A DNA stretch of 64,000 bases, from NCBI RefSeq assembly GCF_009914755.1, contig NC_060926.1, one strand, 5' to 3'. Position 1 is the stretch's first letter; every line of letters starts with the position of its first letter. The position numbers were made by a program, and so were the translations under genes. Under the pieces are notes generated by a model. That model searched no databases. It saw only the letters and a program-made list of their open reading frames with translations, and had not been told where the DNA came from. Below, piece after piece: positions 14,652 through 27,097 of this stretch. Origin of the DNA: the human T2T-CHM13v2.0 reference genome, Homo sapiens.

Positions 14652-17246
14652 TGTTGATGAAAAAAGTCAAACTCCATAAAATATTTTTAGAGATTTATTC
14701 TGAGCCAAATATGAGTGACCATGGCCCGTGACACAGCCTTCAGGAGGTCCTGAGAACATGTGCCCAAGGTGGTCGGGGAGCAGCTTGGCTTTACATATTT
14801 TAAGGAGGCATGAGACATCAATCAAATACATTTAAGAAATATACTGGTTTGGTTCAGAAAGGCGGGACAATTCAAAGTAGGGGCTTCTGGGCTATAGGTA
14901 AATTTAAACATTTTCTGGTTGACAATTGGTTGAGTTTATCTGAAGACCTGGGACCCACAGAAAGGAACTGTTCAGGTTAAGATAAAGGACTGTGGAGACC
15001 CAGTTTTATTGTGCAGAGGAAGCTCTCAGCAGGACTTTAGAGAGACAGTAGGTTGTAAAATTTTGTTTCTTATCGGAACTAAATGGGTGCCTGGCTCTTA
15101 GCTGATTATCTCCTAGATCTGGAAAGGAAGTGAGAGGTGACAACGTGTTAGCAGCCCTCGCTCACTCTCAGCTCCTCCTCGGCCTCGGCGTCCGCTCAGG
15201 CCATGCTTGAAGAGCCCTTCAGCCTGCCGCTGCACTGTGGGAGCCCCTCTTTGGGCTGGTCGAGGCCAGAGCCGGCTCTCTCAGCTTGCAGGGAGGTGTG
15301 GGGGGAGAGGCGCAGGCAGGAACCAGGGCTGTGTGCAGTGCTCGCAGGCCAGCACGCGTTCCGTGTGGGTGCGGGCTTGGCAGGCCCCGCGCTCAAAGTG
15401 GCCGGCCAGCACCGCTGGCCCCAGGCAGTGAGGGGCTTAGCACTCAGGCCAGCAGCTGCAGAGGGTGCGCCGGGTCCCCCAGCACTACCAGCCCACCTGC
15501 GCCATGCTTGGATTCTCACCGGGCCTCAGCCACCTCCCCACGGGGCAGGGCTCAGGACCTGCAGCTCACCATGCCCGAGCCACCCCCACCATGGGCTCCC
15601 TCACAGCCTGAGCCTCCCTGATGGGCACCGCCCCCTGCTCCACGGCGCCTGGTCCCATCGACCGCACAAGAGCTGAGGTGTGCATGTGCGCAGCACGGGA
15701 CTGGAGGGCAGCTCTGCCCACAGCCCCAGCACAGGATCCACTAGGCAAAGCCAACTGGACTCTAGAGTCAGGTGGGGTCTTGGAGAACTTTTATGTCTAG
15801 CTGGAAGATTGTATATGCACCAATCAGCACTCTGTGTCTAGGTCGGGGTTTGTGGATGCACCAATCAGCACTCTGTATCTAGCTAATCTGGTGGGGACTT
15901 GGAGAACTTTTACGTCTAGCTAGAGGATTGTAAATGCACCAATCAGCACTCTGTGTCTAGCTCAAGGTTTGTAAACACACCAATCAGTGCTCTGTGTGTA
16001 GCTAAAGGTTTGTAAACGCACCAATCAGTGCTCTGTGTCTAGCTAATCCAGTGGGGACTTGGAGAACTTTTATGTCTAGCTAGACGATTGTAGATGCATC
16101 AATCAGCACTCTGTCTCTAGCTAAAGGTTTGTAAACATACCAATCAGTGCTCTGTGTCTAGCTAATCTAGTGGGGACTTGGAGAACTTTTATGTCTAGCT
16201 AGAGGATTGTAAATGCATCAATCAGCACTCTCTGTCTAGCTAAATGTTTGTAAACGCAACAATCAGTGCTCTGTGTCTAGTAATCTGGTGGGGACTTGGA
16301 GAACTTTTATGTCTAGCTGGAGGATTGTAAATGCACCAATCAGCACTCTGTGTCTAGCTCAGGGATTGTAAATGCACCAATCAGCACCCTGTCAAAATGG
16401 ACCAATCAGCTTTCTGTAAAATGGACCAATCAGCTCTCTGTAAAATGGACCAATCAGCAGGATGTGGGTGGGGGCCAGATAAAGGAATAAAAGCAGGCTG
16501 ACTGGGCCAGCAGCAGCAACCTGCTGGGGTCCCCTTTCATGTTGTAGAAGCTTTGTTCTTTTGCTCTTTGCAATAAATCTTGCTGCTGCTCACTCTTTGG
16601 GTCCACGCTGCCTTTATGAGCTGTAACACTCACCGCGAAGGTCTGCAGCTTCACTCCTGAAGCCAGCAAGACCACAAACCCACCAGGAGGGACAAATAAC
16701 TCTGGACAGGAGGAATGAACAACTCCAGATGTGCTGCCTTTAAGAGCTGTAACAGTCACCGCAAAGGTCTGCAGCTCCACTCCTGAAGCCAGCAAGACCA
16801 TGAGCCCACCAGAAGGAAGAAACTCCGGACACATCTGAACATCTAAAGAAACAAACTCCGGACACATGACACACCATCTTTAAGAACTGTAAGACTCACC
16901 GCAAGTATTCGCAGCTTCATTCTTGAAGTTGGCGAGACCAAGAACCCACCAATTCCGGACACAGAAGGAAGGAAAACAAAGGGGAAAGCAGATTCTCTAC
17001 AGAATGTGGATTTTTCCCATAAGAGACTTTGCAGGACAATTTCAAGGTAGGGCAAGGAAAGATATTTTTGGGTAAAATATTTTTATTTTCTTCCTTATTA
17101 TGCCAGAGTCAGATTGGAAAGTAAGTCATGATATACACGGTTAAATAAAACCCATCTGATGTGCATTTATGGTTTGGAGAACATGACTCCCCAAACCCCT
17201 TAGATAGGAATTTGAGCAAGATAAAAAAATCAGAGCTTAGTCCTCA
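14652..17246 (-). mobile_element. MER4A-like ERV1 solo LTR, split by LTR12
   Basis: TG...CA ends, 4-bp TSD gcac/gaac; reverse complement of the copy at 18381-19136. Confidence 0.85.
15131..16963 (+). mobile_element. LTR12 (ERV9) solo LTR, LTR12C/E type
   Basis: tgagaggtgaca...ccggacaca with GAAG TSD; GC-rich U3; tandem CCAAT array at 15780-16460; GATA and AATAAAA core promoter at ~16478-16492. Confidence 0.95.
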
Positions 17247-17370
17247 GAACCAACCTAATGCATGATCTCCCAACTTGATCTCTATCTTCCCACAAAAGAT
17301 TGACTTGGAATGACTTATTATTCCTAAAATCAATCTATTCTTAAAGGCTTATTTGTCTCTGTAGGGTAGT

Positions 17371-17872
17371 TGTTAAGAGTTAAAGAAAGAAGAGAGAAAC
17401 ACAAAAAGTGGCTCAACAATCAAGGATAGGTTTATTTTAGAGAATAAACCTGAGAGGGGCTTCTGGCCAATTTTGGTCAGGAGCACTCTCTCTTACAGAC
17501 TAAGAGTATTTAAGGGTTTAGGGTGAGAGAGCTTATCACAGGCTTGGAATATTTCTGCTTGGAGGAGAAGTTTATTACAGGGTTGGAATGTCTCTGGTTG
17601 GAGGGGAGGGGTTATCTTGGGGCTGACATCGCTCCGGTCAGAGGGAAGGTTATCTTGGGGCTGACATCGCTCGGTCAGAGGGAAGGTTATCTTGGGGCTG
17701 GCATGTGTCTGGTGGGAGAGGGGTTTATCTTAGAGTTAGAATGTTTCTGGTCGGAGGTGTCATTTGTGGTTTGTGGTCATGCTGACAGCCATTAGGCTGA
17801 TGCCCTCTGGGTTGGATTTAGGTGGTTTTTGATCAAGGGGCACTTTAAAATGGCAGTGCTTCTGCTCTGTCA
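17371..17872 (-). mobile_element. ERV solo LTR (family not determined) with an internal ~38-bp tandem repeat at 17611-17705
   Basis: TG...CA ends, near-TSD gtagt/atagt, minus-strand AATAAA near 17431. Confidence 0.7.
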
Positions 17873-18380
17873 ATAGTAGGATATGCCAACCCAAAATATG
17901 GCACTTTGGCATAAAGATTATTTTCGAGTCAAAGGCACTTAAAAAAAAAATGCAAAAAGAGCACTGTGGCTTTCCTTTTTCCTTCCTGAAAGCAGGAGAT
18001 AAAACTTCCGTATGAAAGGTGCCCTCCCTGTATAAGGAGGAAGGGAGATGTTCTCAACACCAGAGACATGGAGTCAAAGCTGAGCTGTATCTGCACAAAC
18101 TTACCGATTTTCATTTTCACTTTGTTACAACAACCTTTATCTTCTTAGTCACTTCTGCATTAACTGCACTAACCCAAATCTGTTTGTTTTCTCACATTTT
18201 CACAATTTACTACTCTTTTTAGCCTTCCCTAGAAAAATGGAGACTCAAAAGCACTTAGGGTCCAACTGTTAATTTGGGTCTCCATTTTTCTAGGGAAGGC
18301 TCCAATGTAAATGTAAAAATTACTAAATAAAATTTGTATGCTTTCCTCCTGTTATGTTTTATGTCTCTATTTTACGTCAG

Positions 18381-19136
18381 TGGAGACTAAGCTCTGATTT
18401 TTTTTTTAATCTTGCTCAAATTCCTATCTAAGGGGCCTAGGGATTCATGCCCTACAATCCATAAATTCTCATCAGATGGGTTTTATTTAACCCTATATAT
18501 TGTGACTTACTTTCCAATCTGACACTGGCATAACGAGACAAGAAACAAAATCAAAATATTTTACCGCAAAACATTTTTTTTAGTTTTTGACATATCTTGA
18601 AACGGCTCTGCAAAGCTGTCCTTTGTTGGGGGAAAATCTGCATCTACATAGAATTTCTATTAACATAGCTAGATCATTTTCTTCCAGGTCCTCCCAATCC
18701 TAAAGAGATTACGTAAGAATCTAGCACCTTTTAAAGATCTGAATAGGAAACATTTGTCATCCATTGTCTCTAAGGGCAGCCACTATAAGACTTCAAAAGA
18801 ACCTTGGTCTCCACAATCTTTTATTTTAACCTCAACATTTCCTTTCTATGGGTCCCAGGTCTTCAACTGTCAACCAGAAAATGTTTAAATTTACCTACAG
18901 CCTTGGAAGCCCCTGCTTTGAGTTGTCCCACCTTTCTGAACCAAACCAATGTAGTTCTTAAATTTATTTGATTGATGTCTCATGCCTCCCTAAAATACAT
19001 AAAACCAAGCTGCGCCCCAACCACCTTGGACACATGTTCTCAGGACCTCCTGAGGGCTCTGTCACGGGCCATGGTCACTCACATTTGGCTCAGAATAAAT
19101 CTCTTCAAATATTTTAGAGTTTGACTCTTTTCCTCA
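18381..19136 (+). mobile_element. MER4A-like ERV1 solo LTR
   Basis: tggagactaagctctga...tcctca with TCAG TSD; AATAAA near 19094. Confidence 0.85.
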
Positions 19137-19842
19137 TCAGTTTAATTCTTAGGCCCAGCCAAGACCCCAAGAGGGGAGAGGAAATATTTTCACTTTCCCT
19201 ACACCAGTGTTAAGAAGCCCAAGAACGCAATTCAGAGGGCTTCCCAAATCATTTTGAAGAATGGTAACATCTCTAGAATATCAATTAGATCGTAGGGGAG
19301 TACATAAGTCATGTGTACACCTTTAGGTGTTTGTGAAAACCAAGGCATATAAAATATCACATTATTTGGCCTCAGTACATTCCCATACTGACAAGCACTG
19401 TACCATTTTTCCCCCGCTCTAAGCAAGGGCTTCCTGGGGGGAAGAGTCTGTGATTGGGTGTTCAGAAGCAGAGAGTGCTCTCCCAAAGCTAAACGATGCC
19501 GCCAACTACTGTGAAACTTAACTTCCCCTCTCCCGGAATTCTCATGGAAGACAAGGTCTGATCAACCGAGGGCTTAAGAAGTATCAAATTGGAACTCATG
19601 GAATCACTGGCGGAGCTGATTTACATATGAGAATTCCTAAGCCTCACAGCATAGAAATTTTCATGCAGATGGTCCTGAAAAAGTTGTTTTAATTGGCTAC
19701 CAAAGGTTTACCTTGCAAACACCAAGTTCTTAAAGATTACAAAATCTAATAAAGCCGAAGTGTGAATTAAACTTAACCGCAAGAGGAGTCACCTGCGGTC
19801 ACCTCGTTTCGCCCACAACAAAGATGTCTGCGCATCGCTTAC

Positions 19843-19900
19843 CGTGGAGCCGTTCCAGTGCGTGGGCCACGCGTCCGCCCTTTTCCGCGTCACATGACCA
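19843..19900 (-). ncRNA. MFF-DT: Probable first exon of divergent lncRNA (MFF divergent transcript), running antisense toward COL4A3; 5' end approximate, downstream exons not identifiable
   Basis: Strong minus-strand donor CACG|GTAAGC (plus gcttac|cgtg, 19842/19843) at the edge of the CpG island; the existence of the transcript is prior knowledge, not shown by the sequence. Confidence 0.5.
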
Positions 19901-19929
19901 CGAACACTCTTCCGCTACGGCTCCCAGAA

Positions 19930-20102
19930 GGGGCCAGCCCGCGCCTTTCGCGCTTCTGCCGTGGCCCTCTGCGGGCCGCTCCGCCGGTGCTGTCCCTGGG
20001 CGCCTCCGTGCTCTCAGCCAACCGCCTCTGAGAGCGCCCACTCGAGCGCCCCGGGAGCCAGAGGGCGGGGGTCCTCGCCGGGACCCTCCTGTGGGCCCAG
20101 GG
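19930..20102 (+). other. MFF: MFF exon 1 (5'UTR; start approximate)
   Basis: GC-rich, ATG-free segment ending at consensus donor GGG|gtgagt. Confidence 0.8.
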
Positions 20103-22766
20103 GTGAGTGCTGACGTCTTCCCGACCCGCGACCTGCCGCCCGAGCTGGCTGCCAGGCCTATCGCCGCCGCCGAGACCCTCCGGCCAACAGGGACCCGCGG
20201 TGGCCCCGGCCCCCCCGGTAGTGTCTCCCTGACCCGAGTCCCGTCCCCGGGCCTCTTGCCTTCAACCCTGGTCTTTCCTCCTCCCCGGGACCTTGAGTCC
20301 CCGAGGAGAGCGAGGGAGAGGAGCGCCTTCTGCAGGTGTTTTTGGGCGAACCTCTTCACCTTGTGTGGTTCGGCGTCTCCTTTTGTGTATTAACCCGGAC
20401 TTTTCCGACTGGAAAATAGGGGTTTGGGAAGCAGCGGGAGTCCCGTGAGCGTGAACGCCGGGCTTTGCAGGTCTTCACTCATCCTTCCCTGCCAAGGCCC
20501 TGACACCTTACAGGCTGACCTTAAACCTGCCTTGTTTAAAAGGAGGTTTTTGTGTTGTTTTGTGGCAAGTACATTTTGGAAAAGAAGGGCCTTGTTGGAA
20601 GCCCAGGTTGTGGCATCGCGGGTGGCTGCGGGCCACCCTGTCCGTCTGTGAGCATCCCTGCTCGCAGATGTGGCTGCAGGCAGTTGCTCTCGGGTTTCCT
20701 TCCAGGAGCTGGGAAGCCGGAGGAAAGCTGCGGTTCCTGTTCCGCCGAGCTTCTGACCTTCCTCTGCAGGACGTGTGCTACTATTACTATCGTAAAAGAA
20801 CACCCCTGTCTACCTCCCACAAAGTTAGAAGCAAAGGGCATTCTCGAGGGAAGAGCACCCTTTCAAAAGTGACATGTTTTCATTGGAGAACATTAAAGGG
20901 GAAAAAAAAAAAAAAGGTTTCTGGCCCTTCTGCCCAAATATAGAACCATTTGTATTCAGGCCTCTCATCCACCGAGAGACTTAAGATGATCACAAATGTT
21001 TTCTCTCCCTGCGTGAAAAACATTTTTTCTGCCTCAATTCCGTTGGCTAATGAGAGCCCAAAAGAAAAACCCTTAGGAAAATTAGGACGATTTAGTTATA
21101 CTTAGTAGTCTTTTCCCATGCAATTAAATTGCTTGGGGGACCTTCTATCTTTTGGTTTCAGAGGCTTGTATATTGGTTTTGCCATTTTTTCCAAAAGGAA
21201 ATTGTGTTCTCTCCCTTCCTGTCTGATAGAGCTGCCTCCTTTCAGAATTGCAAAGTTTAGTCTTCGCTCTCCTCTCTTCTGGTATTGAAACTTTTCTGTG
21301 GGTTCATAACCTTATTTTAAAGTTCATTAATATATAGTTTTAAAAGTTTGCAGTGACTTTTTAAATATAGTTTCTTTGAAAAAGAACTGAAACAGGGTGT
21401 GCAGAGTGGCCCATCTGTGTGAACTAGGTCCACGCAGTAGGTAATAAACAACTGGAGGGTTTTTTTTGGTTTGTTTTTGTTTGTTTGTATGTTTGTTTTT
21501 GAAAAGTACATAAACATTTGCAACCACAGTCAGTTTGACTCAAGTTGTTTCGGTGACTTCCGAGGCTTTCTGGGTTCCAGTGTTCTAATACAGAAAATGA
21601 GAAAGTTGGGCTGGAATCATTGTGTCCCAAAATTGGTACACTTTCCGCTAGTGGCATGTGACTTGACTCTAGGCGGTACGTGGATGAGGATTTTTTTGTA
21701 ATAGGATGTTTTTGCAATCTGTATTTATATATGTACAGCCATGGTTTAAGGTAGTGATACAAAATTTTCTTTTACAATACTTTTTTGATTTTAAAAAGTC
21801 GAGTTAAAAAAATTAACTGTAGCAAAAAGTTAATGTACTCTGTGAATATGGGAAAAAAAAAACCCATGAAGTTGGCAAGTTAGTTACTGGTGTTTGGGAA
21901 CCACTGGGCTTAGAAAGTAGAAATCTGAAATCATCTGTGATTCTAAGAGAGATTTTGCCTCGTTTGTTATGTAACAGAATCACGTACTGGTTGCCTACTG
22001 GATTCTAAGGTACAAAACTTCTGGAATTAACATATCAACACCAAATGAGACGTTTATTTATTGCCAAAAGATATTATCAGAAATGCCACAGTCTAACGAG
22101 GGAGAAAAAAAATCAGATTTTGATTGGTTTTAAGCAGAAAACCCAATAATTGGGATAATACAGTGTTAAATCTTAGTAGAAAAGTTCCAGTTACTTTTTA
22201 AATGTAAGTAGTTCAGCTACAGGAGAACTTGGCTTTTTCCAGAAGTTGGCATTTCAGCATCCACCTTTATTTTCTAAGTCACTAGTTTTTTACAAACTCA
22301 GATATTCTCGTAAGAAAAGATGTTGCTATAGAATGGAATATAGTAGTGAGACCTATGAGATGTACTACTAGAAAGTTCGTAAGACTGAAATGCAATGAAT
22401 GGAATGCAGAGAAAGCACATTTCAAGGAGATACTTAGGTTCTAGCCACTTGGTTCTCGTTTATTATTATAAAACTTCAATTTATAATGGCCAAAGGCTAT
22501 AATCTTTTTGAGGTAGCTTTTTTCAGTGTTAGTTCTGAATATGAGCTTTTGCTATGCTTGAGATACACGCAAGTATTAGAAGAGCATCTCATCTGGAATG
22601 ATGCACAAAAATTGATTATAAAGGTTGCCTGTGGGAACCTGGGTGGTTAAGGATAGGATTGAAAGTGGGACACTTCCTTTTCTCTGTATAGCTTGCGTAC
22701 TTTGTACCGAGTACATGCATTACTAGTTCAAAATTTTAACATCGTAAGTGAATGAAAATTTAAACA

Positions 22767-22998
22767 GGCCGGGCACGGTGGCTCACACCTGTAGTCCCAG
22801 CACTTTAGGAGACGAAGGCCGGAGGATTTCTTGAGCCTAGGAGTTTAAGATCAGCCTGAACAACATAATAAGACCCTGTCTCAACAAAAAATACAAAAAT
22901 TAGCTGGGTGTGGTGGCATATGCCTGTAGTCCCAGCTATTCAGGAAGCTCCATTGCAATCTAGCCCGGGTGACAAAAAAAAAAAAAAAAAAAAAAAAA
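22767..22998 (+). mobile_element. AluJ-like with a deletion in the right arm
   Basis: Left arm intact, right arm shortened, poly(A) tail. Confidence 0.88.
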
Positions 22999-23354
22999 CA
23001 ATTCATCTGTTCCTCTTTAACATATATGTGTACCTATATGCATATATATACGTAAGTATTAGATTCATTTAAACTTACGTATTTTTCATCTGCCACATTT
23101 TTCTAAATACAAATCAGAAACAATGACAGAGCTAGTCTTTTATATTGCCTTAACTAATGAATAGTTGTAGGACCCCATCTGTGGAACTAAGATTGGTGGT
23201 AAGCTTAATTTTTTTCTTTCTTTATTTTCTTACTGGTCTCTTGATGTCAGGTTGTGCATCTTTGTGACTGTTACTATTTGGAGAATTTCCAGTAATGAAT
23301 CCCTAATAGTGGTTTCATCTAGTTTCTCAATTAGCCCCTGTTTTTCTTCCCCAG

Positions 23355-23466
23355 GGACAAAAGTGGCTCTCAATCCAGCACATGCACATTGAAGCAAGTT
23401 AAAGGATTTAATATGAAGCACAGAAGCAGATAGTGCCAAATAGCAAGCAGTAGTTGTTACACATTT
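23355..23466 (+). other. MFF: MFF exon 2 (5'UTR)
   Basis: tttttcttccccag|GG...TTT|gtgagt, 112 nt, strong sites on both sides. Confidence 0.8.
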
Positions 23467-24422
23467 GTGAGTAAAAATGGTCCCTTTTGGCTTACTTTCT
23501 TAGTCTTTAAATCGTCTGCATGCCAAATCCTTAAAGATCTATGTCCCCAGAGATTTTTTGATAAAGAATAAAAGATGTGAGTTAGCAGTCATAGTCAAAC
23601 CAGTTGCTGGGGCTGAGCGTCCTGAGCAACCTCTAAGAGCTCTCCTAGGCATCTCAGTGAGGCGGGGGCTTAGGGTGGGGCTATATCTCCAGCATGGAGT
23701 TTAGGAAATACCTTAGCCATGGTAAAGTCATGTATACTGTCTTTAACTTTTTATGTCTTTAATTTATATATAGTGTCTTTGCTGAAAATTTAGTGTAATT
23801 TCCATTTGAAGTTTACCCTAAATTTTGAAGTTTATTTTTATTTAAAGAAACCATTAGACGTCAAATATGTAGGCTGCCTCAGTTACATTTACTTTTTACC
23901 CTTTGTATTCCCTTCATGATTTATTCATTTGGGCTTAGTCTTAAAAAAGGATTTTTCCCCTTTGGAGTATAATGATTAGAGGAGTTTTATGGCAGTATTG
24001 TTTTCTTCGAATCTGACTTCACATTTGTATATACATTTGATACAGCTTCTCTGTATCCTGTTTGCAAAATCATAAGACAGTGACTGTGCTTACAACTGTC
24101 TTTATGATTTTTGAGGTATAGAAAAACTCTTCTTAGGATAGATTTAACAATTGGTTTCTCAAATCAAGCCCTAAGCCATGTTCAAATCCAAAAGTCATTT
24201 TACGTAGATATTTACTTTTATTCATAGTTTTCTTATGAAATGAATTGTTGAAATACTGATTTTTATTCTTTCTTTTTTACAGCTGGAAAAGCAGTGTCCG
24301 TGTTGTTATGTACACCTCCAAAAAAAGTTCAAATGTGTAGGGGAATTGTTGTGTAAAGTAAACTGAACTGCAGGGTAGCAGTATTTTAATAGCTATTATA
24401 GACCTGTATTTACTGTATTTAA

Positions 24423-24460
24423 ATGAGTAAAGGAACAAGCAGTGACACATCACTAGGAAG
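24423..24460 (+). CDS. MFF: MFF alternative exon 3 (exon 24283-24460), coding part with upstream ATG of the longest isoform
   Basis: Acceptor ttttttacag|CT at 24282/24283; ATG...AG|gtcagt encodes MSKGTSSDTSLGR, in frame with the next exon. Confidence 0.88.
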
Positions 24461-25303
24461 GTCAGTGAAATTTTATTCAGTTGAGCTGGTATTATAGGTT
24501 TGAGAGACAATGGCTTTAAAGCTTACTGCCATAGGCTAACCATGCTCTTTTACATTTTTATCAGCTTTTGTATTGGCGGCAACATTCTTTCTACTGCATT
24601 AAAAAAAAAAAACACATGTAAATATGATATTAAATACAGATTAATAGTGTAAAACTTTCAGTCCCTCCAAAAATGAATACAAACATGAGGATTTATTATT
24701 ACAAATTCTAAATTTGGTATTCATTGCATCTCAGTCATTAGGAGAAGTTTTAGTTTGTATGATGTGATTTTCAGGGAGTTGCATCTTCTTTTTTAGTAAA
24801 TTCAGAGTTAATGTTATGCATCTGTCATTTAAAGGTTTTGAATAACAGATGCATTTGTCATTTAAAGGTTTTATTTTTTCATGCATGACAGTAATTTTTA
24901 ATTTTATATTTTTAAAGTCCAAGCAGCTTTCCCTCAAATTGATGAGGAAATTTTAAGTTTAAATTTTATTGCAGGCATTTTTTTAGTTACAAGCAGCATG
25001 CATGTTTACGCAGAGAGTATGTGTGTATGTGTGTGTACACATTTGTGTTGTAATTCTATAATAATTTAAAAAATTTGCTCCTAAGCAATATCCTCAAGGT
25101 ACAATTTCAGCTGATAATTAAGAAGGCATTTTGTTGAGGAAGACATTTTCTTTCATCTTTTATTTTTGCTTTGTATGTGTTCAGTACTTGCAAATGAGAA
25201 GTTTCCTTTCGCTCTTTCTATAAGGTATTGTCTTCTAACTTCACTGCGTAGAGGAGACTGACATTTTAACAGTCAGCCCTGTCTTTAAATTTTTCTCCCA
25301 CAG

Positions 25304-25524
25304 GGTGAGCAGGGCAGCATTTCCTTCTCCCACTGCTGCTGAGATGGCAGAAATTAGTCGAATTCAGTACGAAATGGAATATACTGAAGGCATTAGTCAG
25401 CGAATGAGGGTCCCAGAAAAGTTAAAAGTAGCACCGCCAAACGCTGACCTGGAACAAGGATTCCAAGAAGGAGTTCCAAATGCTAGTGTGATAATGCAAG
25501 TTCCGGAGAGGATTGTTGTAGCAG
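25304..25524 (+). CDS. MFF: Mitochondrial fission factor exon 4 (second ATG at 25344; Drp1-recruiting repeats)
   Basis: acag|G...G|gtattt, 221 nt; VSRAAFPSPTAAEMAEISRIQYEMEYTEGISQRMRVPEKLKVAPPNADLEQGFQEGVPNASVIMQVPERIVVAG. Confidence 0.98.
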
Positions 25525-25699
25525 GTATTTCACCTTTACTTAGAAGGTTGCCTGTTAAATCTTTGTTTTATATGTTTCTATGAAAACTTTTGAGTTTTTC
25601 TAAATGTTATTTAGAAAAGGAGTTGGAAAATGCAACTTTATACTTTTGAAATTTCTATTCATTATTATAGTCTGAATTGCAAACAGTATTTTTTAGTAA

Positions 25700-26950
<1,251 letters not shown>

Positions 26951-27097
26951 TGGAAGCATATTTTGAAAGAAACTAATGCTTATTGGGTGGTATAATTCAA
27001 AAGCAGAAGAAGGTAAATACATTTTAACAAAAATCACTGTCTTTTTAAAAAACCTCCCGCTTTTCTCTTCTTTGTCTCTTTTCTTGAAAACTCCTAG

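Larger units (their letters stand above)
17360..19203 (+). mobile_element. MER34-like LTR interrupted by two younger LTRs
   Basis: tgtagg start; atatgccaacccaaaatatggcactttggcataaagattatttt at ~17881; ends ttccctaca at 19203. Confidence 0.7.
19780..20720. promoter_or_regulatory. CpG island, bidirectional promoter of MFF / MFF-DT
   Basis: Only unique CpG-dense stretch in the window; GC box (tccgccc ~19874-19880), E/M-box GTCACATGAC 19889-19898, ETS-like CTTCCG ~19909-19914, CRE-like TGACGTCT 20111-20118. Confidence 0.9.

Noticed and set aside
15780-16460. Regularly spaced repeats superficially like a CRISPR array
   Set aside because: These are tandem LTR12 enhancer units with no unique spacers, in human DNA
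15196-16867. Several 100-157 aa ORFs
   Set aside because: Entirely within the LTR12 U3/U5; typical LTR artefacts
19799-20943. Long overlapping ORFs (186 aa minus, 189 aa plus and others) over the promoter
   Set aside because: Stop-poor GC-rich CpG island; low-complexity R/P/G/A products that cross the exon 1 donor and show no recognisable domain
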